This document shows positions 1-12,300 of a stretch of 36,520 bases of DNA, piece after piece. A program made the position numbers and the translations under genes. The notes beneath the pieces are model-generated. The model searched no databases. It was given only the letters and a program-made list of their open reading frames with translations, and was not told where the DNA came from. Source of the stretch: Octopus bimaculoides (Eukaryota); contig NC_068981.1 of the NCBI RefSeq assembly GCF_001194135.2, forward strand, positions 160,870,016 to 160,906,535, written 5' to 3'. Within the stretch, counting starts at the first letter, position 1. Each line of letters starts with the position of its first letter.

Positions 1-262
1 GTCATGATGTAGGTAGGCCTCAGCTCCTTTAGAGTGTAAGGAACTAACGGGCTGAAGCATTTGCTTGACGAGCAGTTCTTCCTCTGAAGATTTTTCCTGT
101 TGGCTCGACTTATAGTGAGTTTCCACCTATTATGAGTTATTTCGTTTGTCATTCGATGCAGCAAGATGTGAGGGAGATAACTTCGCACTTAGCTTTACAG
201 CGCATGTGCTGTTTATGTTAGTTTGCCATAGTAGTGTGTGTCTGTTGTCAAGGAAGCCAACG

Positions 263-268
263 ATGAAG
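263..268 (+). CDS. WDR19: WDR19 coding exon 1 (MK)
   Basis: ATG AAG followed by GT at 269, in an A..ATG context. Phase 0 matches the exon 2 start. Human WDR19 also starts MK|RIFS with an intron after c.6 (recalled). Confidence 0.7.
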
Positions 269-2953
269 GTTCGTTGCTGAGTTTGAAACTTTTATATTTT
301 GATTCACTTTAAAATATTACTTTTCGATTCCTTGTCTCATCCCAATTTTTTTCTGGCATCAATTTAGAGAATACAGTTATTTAATTATTTTAGTAGACTT
401 TGTTTTGATTTGGTTATTGGTATATATAATATTTTAAATCGTGATAATAAATAGTGATTTACCTGTTGCTCTTTCTAAACAGACGCAATGAAACTGAACT
501 GCTACAAATGTCCTTTATAATCTTTTATTGTAGTCTAATTTCTAAAACTCTCTCTCTCTTGTTTCTTCCTTCACTTTATACACGGGGATCGTATGTTTGT
601 GTGTGTGTAAAAGAGATTAATAAATCCACTCAGATATCTAGAAAGCACTCAGTGTTAAACGAACTTGGTTAACTATACCAAATAATCAGATACCAAAAAA
701 TTCAAATAGAATTAATATCCAAAGTAATTCCTCGTGTATGACAAATAAATCCAAATATCGCTCTGAAGAATTTGAAGAAATCCAGAGTAATTGACAACAA
801 GAATAGAGAAAATCACATCTTTAATTGATGATTATTCCATACATTACCGACGATCGTTTCTATTGTGCCAGCATATTTAGATGTAGAAAATACCAGTCAA
901 ATCAATATATCTGAAGATCTATGCTAACACAATGTTATCAAGGTAACCCAAAACGGGTTAGATTCAAAGTGAACTGAAATAATATCTCCAATACATGAAC
1001 GTATACAAAAATAACGTTGATATATATATATATATATAGATGTACACGAAGATGCTAAGAGAATGAACGAATTAAGATGAAAAAACTAATGCAATTAAAA
1101 AAGTTGGTTTCACTATCACCTGTATTTAATACTCAATGTAGGTAATAGTCAACTTATGAAGTACACTTTAATACATACACTCACTCAATGCACACATACA
1201 TAAGCTGTATTATGCTCATACATATTTCCAATATATTCTGTATTTGCCCTCCTATACTGCTGGACATCACTCTTTCTCCCTTTATTGAAATCCATTATTC
1301 TCTTAACATTTCTATCTTGACTATTCATCACTCATGATCTTTCTTAGAAATTATCCTTCTGTATTACTAACCACCACTTCTGTTCCCTCAGGTCACCGAT
1401 TATTGACATCCATTACGCTATCTAACTGTCAACTATTTCTACAATTCTAACATTCTCTCTCTCTTTTTCTAGCAAACATGTTGACCATAGGCTATTACTG
1501 TCTTTTTATCATTTCATCTTGCTCTAACTGTGTCTCTTTATCATTTCTAGTCCTCTCACCACCATTTAGCCTTCTTCCATACAAGCATCCCAACTCTTTC
1601 TGTTTCCTTACTCTTACTTCTTTCTTAGTTCATCTTCTGCGATCATCTTCTCTTCTGTCCACTCTTTTAGGTATGATGCTCTGAACAGACAGAGATAATG
1701 TTATGTAGAGAGGATTCTATTGGTTTACAGGTTGAAAGGCAAATTCAGTAGAGCTGATGCCATGAATGAATGCACCCAGAGCATTCTGTTAAATAGTTGG
1801 CAAACAAGTAGAAACATTGTCTTGTCAAAGACATAGCAATCTCTTATGTGCCAGTGCCATAATAAAATGCTTTCAATATTCTCTGTAAAGTGGTTGGTGT
1901 TTGAAAGACTATAGAAACCTTGGTGCCAAAAATAAAGCACCAACAAGACTTAGTTTTCAAACTGTCTAAGAACACAGTGACTCTGAATAAAAACAGACTT
2001 ACAGGAAGACCAAGCTTTCCTTGTTAAGAGTTGATTTCAGGGCATTGAACGTTGCAAAGGAGATGACAAATACAACAAATGTGGAGTTGTGTTGGAAAGG
2101 ACATATGCAACCCTTTCAAGCATGGAAAAATAGAGAGGGAAATGATGATATAGTGAAGTTCTCATCAGAGGTGTGTGTATCATTTGACCAATCTCAGGGA
2201 AGTAAGCAACCAGTCTGTTTATATACTCATCAAATACAGAAGCTACAAAGAACTGGAGCTTCCAATTTGCATACCACAATTGCTTAACACTTTATTTTAA
2301 TATCAGCAGAGATCTCAGTTCACACAGTGTCAAGGTATAATATAATATATGTAAACTTATGTAGTAAAAATAGTATCATCACATATTTAACTACATAAGT
2401 TTACATATATTATATTATACCTTGACACTGTGTGAACTGAGATCTCTGCTGATATTAAAATAAAGTGTTAAGCAATTGTGGTATGCAAATTGGAAGCTCC
2501 AGTTCTTTGTAGCTTCTGTATTTGATGAGTATATAAACAGACTGATTGCTTATTTCCTTGAGATTGGTCAAATGATATAGACACCTCTGATGAGAACTTA
2601 ACAAGGTTTGAAAACTGACTAAGGTTGTTCATAATTTTTTCAATCTATGGAGAAATAGTTAAATTTTCCATGTTTGTAGTTTTACTACATAGGTTAACAC
2701 AACACACAAACACAAAACCATATATATATATATATTTGTGACCTGATAGCCAGGTCTAATATAATGTAATAGGACATGCAACTGAAAATTCAAGATATAC
2801 AAACAGTAATACTTCTATTGTAGAGTATATGGTAAGCAAAAAAACAAGGATATGTGGGAGGGAAAGTGTTTTGATATTTTCTGAGAGTTTACAGCTGTTT
2901 CATAATCTACTCACATCCTTAACTTTGATGCAGAGAAATATTTCTATACATAC

Positions 2954-2992
<39 letters not shown>

Positions 2993-5900
2993 CAATACAT
3001 TCATACAATGATGTACAGAAGAGAGAAGATTATTCTTTAAGCTGCATTATGGAGTAATCCATCTAAGCTCATTCATTTATACATAATGTAGCATGGATAA
3101 AATTGGCAAAAATTAGTAACCCAGATTATAATCAAAACAAGCCAAACAGCTATTAATGTCAAGGGGAGACCTGCATGGAGTAGGTAATGATGGCAGTGAT
3201 AAACAAAATCAAGCGAATTTTAAAGGGAATGTATGTGTCAACAGTTGGGGTAGGAATAGTCCTGACAGATACTCAGATTACAAAAACTATGAGCACTAAA
3301 ACATACATGCTTGAAAACCTACAAAATGGTCAGCTTACCAATGTGTACTGGCACTGACTGACAGGAGAACTATTACCTTGTTTGGAAACAGGTGAGTGTT
3401 GGCTACAGAAAGGGTATCTGGTTGTAGAAAATGTGCGTCATTGATTTATATCTGACCCATGACAACATGGTAAGTTGATGTTGAACCAATGATCATGCAT
3501 TTTGAGGACATTAGCATCAATGGTTACAGGTTTTCAACAGGCCAGTCATGGATGTGATATGAAGACTTGTTTGCTGAATTTCTAGTGATAAGGAATGTCT
3601 ATAACTTGGGTGCTATAAATGCCACACTGGTTTATGTGCTTTCTTGCTGATGCGAATATTTTTCTCAATTTTATAGATACATATGATGGGCTTACACATA
3701 ATTTCTCTCTACCAAATTTTGTTTATTGGTTCATCAGCTGTGGTGGATGACATTTTCATAAAATGCTATAGAATGACTTAACCCAAAACTGCCTGTTTGT
3801 GAAGCAAACTTTTTAACCTCACAGCCATGCCTGCACAATATATTACATGAAGATGACATTTTCAAGGTACCTGTAGTCATCTTGATGTAGCCCTTCTCTT
3901 CAATATGTACTTATTGAGGGATTTGAACTCAGTCTACACATTAATGAATTGTTAATATTACAGTGTTCAAGGGCACTGGATTGGCAAAATTCCTTTCAAT
4001 ATTTAGTTAGGACTCTTTATATTCTGTGTTCAAATCTCAAGGAAGTTAACTTTACCTTTCATTCCCCCAGGATTGATTAAATAAAGATATCATCAGTTAG
4101 ATACTGGGGTTAATGTTAACAATTAACAAGATCCCCCCCCCACCTCACAAAATTTCAGGCCTTGTTCCCTTATTTGAAACACTTACACAGTGCTCAGTAC
4201 CTACTTAGGATACGTATGAAGAACATCATGGAATGAGTAATTGATATAGAGAGAAATGCCAGTAACAAGATACTACAAGACCAATCTACTCTGGATTTGG
4301 TATTGTATTCTGTTTTCTTTATTGTTAGATATAGTTAGTAGTATTACATTATTTTCAATTTAATCATGAGTTTTTGTTTTTCCTTTTGCTTTTTTTGCAG
4401 GATTTATTTTCTATACCAAAAGAACAAACTGGAAACGGGCCCATCCAATTTTGCTGGCAGAGAGTTAATGGAAACTACCTAGTTATTGCTGGGTATATGT
4501 TCAAATTTTCCTTCTTTATAAATTTTAGTTACAATTTTACAAAAGCACATTGAAAACAATAATAAATAAATCATTATTTGCATAGTGAATAAATAACAAT
4601 CTATTATCAGTTGGCAGATTTCAGCATGGCACAGTAAACAGTTTGTTTGCTTGAATTATAAACAAAGCCATTGGTGATTTTCAGATGCATTTATTTGGGC
4701 ACTTCTGGCTGATGAGACACAACATGCTGAAATACCAGTGTCCTGGAATCTCTTGCACTGATGAATCAAATGTTTTATGAACACATAGTCATCATAAAGG
4801 AAGAGCAGTTCTGTGACAAACACAACAGCTGTTAGCATGTTTGCATTTGAATCTGCTGGAATGTATCAAAAGAATGAATATGCAAGTTATCAAATAACAT
4901 AAATGTTGGCTGTAAAATAGTTTCTGAAAAAAAGTTGTTTAATGACATCGTGATCAAGCAGCCTAATAGCAACATTATTAACTTTAAGATATATATTAAA
5001 TTTTCTGTTGGTTAGACTTTAAGCTTAGCTTATGAATACTTTTAGAGGTCTTTGATGAGTTATTGCTAATAAGAATATAATTTTTTAGACTCTTAACTCT
5101 AATGTTTAAAATTAAATCATTTTTCAGTATTTACATCTACATTCTGTTAAGTGGTTGTCATTAGGAAGGCCATCCAACTGTAGAAACTGTGCCAAAGCAG
5201 GCACAGAACATAGCAGAGCCCTCTGGCTTGTCTGATCTTTCAAGCATGGTAAAAAAAAGGGTGTTAAATGATGATGGCAATAACTTTTTGATTGGTTTTG
5301 ATCTCTGACTGTCATTGAGTGTCTTATTCCTGGATATATATGTTATACTGGACTGGATTTAAATTAGCAACATTTCATTTTGAAACGAATGACTATAATG
5401 CTTTTATCCACTGTGTTACTGGCACACTGACCAAAGATGAGGGTAATAGTCTTTGAATAACTTGTTTTGACAAGAGTATTGGTGACTTGCATTAAAAAAT
5501 ATATAAACAAATAGTACTCGTTAGGCATTCATTGGAGAGTAAAGAGACAGTAACATATCCAGGCTGTCACACTGCACTCATTAACCAATCTGTTCCTGTC
5601 AAGCCTTCTCCAAACTCGTCTTCCTAACACCCATTCCTCCGCTCTTCTCATGGCAGCACTATCTATGCAGCTGCTGTAGAAATGTACATATTTCATCCCC
5701 CTTTTGTGCTACCAGTTATCCTTCTTTTTGGAATTATTTCCTTTGTCACCTATTCCCTATTCTGAAAATCATCCCTTACTACTGTATTTTCCACTGAACA
5801 CCCTCTCATATCTGCCATTATAGTCCATCACTCATCTTCACTTGTCACTCACTACATTCACCCCTCCAAACCTCTGATCTTAGTCTGTATCACTATGCAC

Positions 5901-8900
5901 CTCTGTCTCACTCCCCCACTCTTCATATCATCACTCTATTTTCTTTCATCTTCCTTCCAAACTGAGAGTGCCATTGACTATGCTTCCACTCATGTTCACC
6001 ATTCACTGCATTTACCTCTATCCCTATCTCTATCTCTCACTCTTCTTTTACATTCTTGTGAACTTAACCCTCCACCTTTCCTGATCTTCTGTTCCTGTTC
6101 TCTCTTATATTCAAGTTGATGGATGATGAATCCATGTAGAAATATGTATCTTACCTATTTCTATGTAATCTAGGATAAGTCTCTCAGTAAATTTTGGCTT
6201 GTGTAAAAAAAACATATCTGTGTCTGGGTATTACTTTCTTACATGTGTAAAATTTGAATTTGCCAAGATTCTCTGAATTATTTCTACAAAATCTGATGTT
6301 TTTGTTTTTCAGTGTAGATCAAGTTGTACGGATATATGATCGACATGGCGTGCTAAAGAATTCCATAAATCTACAAGGGTAAGAATTACTTTTCTTTTTG
6401 AATTTTTTTCTTTTTTTGCTCCCCTTCTGTCAATCTGAGTTACTCTATTTGATATAAAAAACAGTTCTTAAAATTTAAGTTTTTGTGCCTTTAAGAATGG
6501 CAATTTCTGGTTTTGGACAGAACCAAACAAGATCCTTACTGAAAGAAGTGACAAGTGTGTTGGAAGGTTATGAAAGAAAGAAATCAAATTCCAACACAGT
6601 TCTAATGTCTTTAAAAATGTCTTGCCTGGAACATTAGTTAAAACTCACTTGCATGCAAACTTATTTTACCAATTTTATTTGATCTAATACTTTTGGATTG
6701 TGGAAAATAATTATTTCTTGAAGAGAAGGATTAGATTAGTGGAATTGTCATGGAAATTAATCAAGAGATTAGTACAACAAATGCAATGTAGTTAAAATTG
6801 TCAGCTTGTTAATTTTTCCGTCAGTATGTGGGATCACAATTGCTACAAAACATCTGTTGATTTTGAAATAGGGTTTTGAAAGAATCCTTTATGTTTATAA
6901 TTATTATTATGATGTATTTTCAGTAATTTCATGCCAGTTTTCCAATGTACAACCAGGTACCTCTGAGGTTTTGAGGTTTTTTTACAGTATTATTTTTTGG
7001 GGTATAATACACTATATTGTGAGGGTTTCTTTTGTAATGTGAGTGTATGTGCTTGACAGACTGCCAGTGTTCTGCGAGAGAAGTTAGGCGAAAGAAGAGT
7101 TTGTTGCTGTGTGCAAGAGAGGAGACTGTTCTAGTTTGGTCAAGTGCTGCAGATGAATGCTGACAGCTCCATAAAGAAGTGTTGATCTCTCAATGTGGAT
7201 GGAACATGCGGAAGTGGGAGACTCAGGAAGACATGGGATGAAGTACTGAAGAACGACCTCAGGAAGCTGAACCTTTCAGGTGAGATGACAAAGGACCGAG
7301 ATATCTGGCGCCTAACCATACTCAAGAAGACCCATACCCTGCAGCAGAATAGCGAAGACCTTTCCTTCTGGTTGTGTAAAGCACTTGTGGTGGTGCCATT
7401 TAAAAGGGGCTGTGTAGTGACACGTAGAAGCACCTGTGAGGCGACTCATAAAAGTGCCTGTGTGGTGTCACGTAAAAGCATTCAGTGGTTGGCATTAGGA
7501 AGGGCATTCAGCTGTAGAAACCATGCCAAATCAGACTGGAGTCTGATGCAGCCCCTCAACTTGCCAGCTCTGGTCACACTATCCAACCCATGCTATCATG
7601 GACAACGGACGTTAAATAATGATGATGATAATGATGATGATGTTCCCTGTGTTGCTCATTTTTTATGAACAATGTTTCAGTATTGTTATTTGTGTACAAT
7701 ATGTACTGTCAGTTGTTGAACTGAGTCATGTTTAGGAATATTTTTTGGGATTGTGTGCCAAATTATGATATGTGGAGTTGTACTGATACTTTTTTCATGA
7801 TGTTTTACATCATACACATTGCATCAGTTATTATTTGTATCATTGTTACTCTTACACACCGCATATGGCTTACTTCTATTTTGAGGTCCTTGTATTTTTG
7901 TAGCTTTTCAAATTAATTCCATTGGCCGAATAACTGTCTCCTTTCAGAAATACCCTATGAAATTAAAATTTAATGACTCATTTGGGTTTTTTTTCTACCA
8001 CCAAAGCTTCCAGTCTTGTCATCATTTATTTATCATCTCTCTTTCAAACTGTATACATGCTCTACTACACAAATTCAATGAAAGATCTGATTGTGATGCA
8101 CCATATAATTTTTCTGTTAGCCCTAAAAAACTTCACTCAGATTTCTTGTTGCTTTCTGACTCTGTCTGTGATTCATTAGTGTATTAAGTTTGTCTGTTGT
8201 ACCAGTTCTTGCCTGATGCTTGTTTATCCAATTCCTATGAGAGTGTGTTGTTCGAGTCATGCTATTAAAATGAAAACTCCTTTCTTAATATGAAGGCTGT
8301 ACCTAGGATTGTTATTTTTTGGGCTGTGCTGATTTTGCACTCTGATATAGTTTTTATGTTTTTGTTCATATATTTTTCCAACATACACAATGATCCAATT
8401 ATTATTGGTACTATTTTCCCTTTCATAAACCATATCCTGCTTATTTCAATTTCAAGATCCTTGTATTTTTGCACATAATGACCTCCTTCCAAGCAATATT
8501 TTGTTCAGGAAAAGCAGATGTTTATCAAAAATTCAAATAGTTTTGTTCCAAACTTCAATAATTATATCTGAATCGTTTGTCTTCATCTCCTTGTCAATCT
8601 GGACAGACATGTTCCACATAACTGCGACCAAATTATCATCATGTACCATTTTTGGCACATGTTTATGCCACTTCTTAACTGTTTTCACTAGTATTTACAT
8701 AATTATCCAAATAACTACACAACAAATCAATCTAATTAACATACCACAGACAAATCTTTAACAGTGATGTTGGATAGTGAATATAACTGCTGATTCAACA
8801 TGTCAGAGCAGATAGAAATGATACAGTTAATTGTCTCATTGTACTGATTACATTAGCCTGCACTTAATGTTAGCTTCTTGTTTCACTATTTTCTTATTGT

Positions 8901-9187
8901 TGTTTGTGGTTAGACATTCATCCTGTACATCTAAAATCAGACTTTCTGATTCTGATTTTAGCTCAGAGCTTTTGAGCTGTTGTTAGCCTTTACTCTGGCT
9001 TACTTCTTCCTTTCTGTTGGGGCTTTCAGTGTATCAGCTATGGAGTGTTTTTTTCCTCTCCATTTTTATTTTAGCATATTTTGGAATTCTGTTTTGATTT
9101 TGTGTTTTGTTATTTTTAGTAATTTTTGTTGTTTTATCCTTATCTAAATCTATTTTTTTGTTCAGTTAGCCTTCAGCATATACTTCA

Positions 9188-9235
<48 letters not shown>

Positions 9236-9263
9236 TGCTAGCATGGAAGGCAGACGTTAAACA

Positions 9264-9304
<41 letters not shown>

Positions 9305-12300
9305 AAATATATATATATGTATATATATGTATATATATAATTGCACTTGTCAGTTTGTCTTAAGTATTTTTTCATTTTCTACTGTTTTTACTTTTTAACA
9401 GTGGTAAAACTGTTCATTTAAATATAGTAAGCCTAAATGTAGAATTTTGACTAACAGTACAAAATACACTGGAGTCTGAGAACTGTAACTGGCCATGTTG
9501 CTTGGATGTTGTTTAATCCCAAGTCATTTCTGGGATGTTTTTCTAACATATATATGTTATATATATATGTATGTATGTGCGTGTATATGTTTGTGTGTCT
9601 GTGTTTGTCTTCCCCAGCATCGCTTGACAACCGATGCTGGTGTGTTTACGTCCCCATAACTTAGCGGTTTGGCAAAAAGACCGATAGAATAAGTACTAGG
9701 CTTACAAAGAATAAGTCCTAGGGTTGATTTGCTCGACTATAAAGGCGGTGCTCTAGCATGGCCACAGTCAAATGACTGAAACGAGTAAAAGAGTAACATC
9801 TGAAAGCTGAAGGCCAACAGACGTAGCCTTACACTATCTGTTCACTGTGCTTCTTTCGCAAAAGTACTCAACTCTCGGTGGCTCACTCCGATGGAAATAC
9901 AAAATGTATCTGTGAATTGAAGATAGTTTGATCACAGCACACCTGACACAGCATTTGGCAGAAGGTTACACATGTATTTCTTGTTACATTTATCTTATTC
10001 CTTACTTTGCTTTGATAAAGGATCTGCCTGAAATGTCAATCTGCCGACTGACGTTTATAGCATACATTTAACCCATTAGCATTTAAACCGGCCATATCCA
10101 GCCCGAATATTCTACCCATTTTATGTTCAAACTGGTCAGATCCAGCTTCTCACACCTGTCTGACCATGTCATTCTTTAAATAAACAATCACATCATCAAA
10201 ATCTCGAAGCTATGAAGAAATACATGATGAACTCAGAAGAATGTGAACGAATATGTATTACATTTGACAGAATCATCATCATCATCATCATCATCATTAT
10301 CATCATTTAATGTCTGTTGTCCATGCTGGCATGGGTTGAATGGTTTGACCAGAGCTGACAAACTGGAATGCTGCACCAGATTCCAGTCTGATTTGGTATG
10401 GTTTCTATGGCTGGATGCCCTTCCTAATGCCAATCACTCCAAGAGTGTTATGGGTGCTTTTATGTGCCACTGGCATGGGTGCCATTTGCATGACACCAGT
10501 ATCTGCTACAGCTGCAATTTTACTTGGCTTGATGAATCTTCTTCTCAAGCACCAGGTAATGCCAAAGGTCTTGGTCCTTCGTCATTGCCTCTGTGAGATC
10601 CAACACTTGCTGAATGATAAAGGATTATAGCCTAGTGAATAGTGTACTATTGACTGGGTACAGTTTTTTATGTTATTTTTTTGTTTAAATTTTAGTTCAT
10701 CAGTTTTTGAATTTTTGTCTACCTGTTGCAACTTTTCACTTTATCTGTCTCTTATTTTCCCTCCTTCTATTTGTGCTATTTCACCTATCAAGTAAGCATC
10801 TCAACCTGGACTCAGTCAAAACCAGCAAGGAAGAATCTCATGGTTGCTTGACCTGCTAGAAATAGCAGCCATCAAATTTCTATCAAATCACGCCTTGCTA
10901 TCTTTAAAAAAGGATAAAGAAGAACATATTTGATAATGTAGTCATCGTCATGATAATGGGGATCACCACCACTGCCACCACTGCCGCTGCCATCGCCACC
11001 ACTGCCGCTGCCATCGCCACCACTGCCGCTGCCATCGCCACCACTGCCGCTGCCATCGCCACCACTGCCGCTGCCATCGCCACCACTGCCGCTGCCATCG
11101 CCACCACTGCTGCTGCCATCGCCACCATCATTTAATGTCCTTTTTCCCTATTTGCATGAGTTGAACAGTTTGGCAGGAGCTGGCAAGCTGGGGGGCTGCA
11201 CCGGGCTCCAGTTGTCTGTTTTGGCATAATTTCAATGGTTGGATGTCCTTCATAATGCTAACCACTTTACAGAGTGTACTGGATGCTATTTAAGTAGTGC
11301 CAGCATGGGTGCTAGTTACGTGATACTGGCATGGATGCCTTTTACATGGCGCCAACAGGGGTGCTTTTTTATGTGGCACTGACATGAGTGCTGTTTTTGT
11401 GGTACTTGCATCAGTGCTGATGATCATAACATGAATGTCTTTCAATATAGGTCTGCTCAATCAGGGCTGACTTAGAGGCGAAACAACAACAATCTGGTTT
11501 GAATTCTCTCTTGATGCAAATTCATTTTACTTATGCTGCAGATGACTTTGAAAGAGGCATGAGAATGTTACAACTTCCCAGTTTTCCTCTTCTTCATAAA
11601 ATATATAAATAAACAAATAGACCCTAAAAACAAAATGCAATTGTTTTATTCTATTCTCGATTAAACTGTTACATTTTTTAATTTGATTTTCAGCCAGTGT
11701 ACTGGAATGGATTGGGATCATGATGGAGATGTTCTTGCCATAATATGTGATAAAGTCAGCACAGTATATCTGTGGATGTCTCACTCCAATGAGATTAGGA
11801 ATATTGACAGTGGTATGAAGTAAGTATTCATATTAGTGTAAGTATTCATATTAGTGTGTAGACACATACATACTCATATACAAAATGTGTCGTGGTGGTG
11901 GTGGTACAAAATATCCTTTACTATCTCATACGTAAGGAAGGTGCAAACACATGCACACTCACAGACACATACACACTCATATACAAAATGTGTTGTGATG
12001 GTGGTAGTATAAAATGTCCTTTACTATGTCATATGTATCAAACACACACACACACACATACACGCAGACACATACACACTCATATATAAAATGTGTCGTG
12101 GTGGTGGTGGTATAAAATGTCCTTTACTATGTCGTAAGGAAAGCACATACACACTCACAGACACATACTCATATACAAAATGTGTCATTGTTGTTGTCAT
12201 AGTATAAAATGTCCTTTACTATCTCATACATAACGAAGCACAAACACACACACACTCACAGACACATACACATTATATCCAAAATGTGTCATCATCGTTG

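Noticed and set aside
7195-7668. 157-aa standalone protein
   Set aside because: The N-terminal part is an RTE-like ORF tail and the rest is 3' UTR read-through ending in (GAT)n; the same peptide remnants recur at other copies.
10904-11135. Antifreeze-like or Ala-rich protein gene (either strand)
   Set aside because: Both ORFs arise from a 21-bp repeat that is a multiple of 3 at a retroposon tail; no signal peptide, splice context or promoter evidence. Kept only as a repeat finding.
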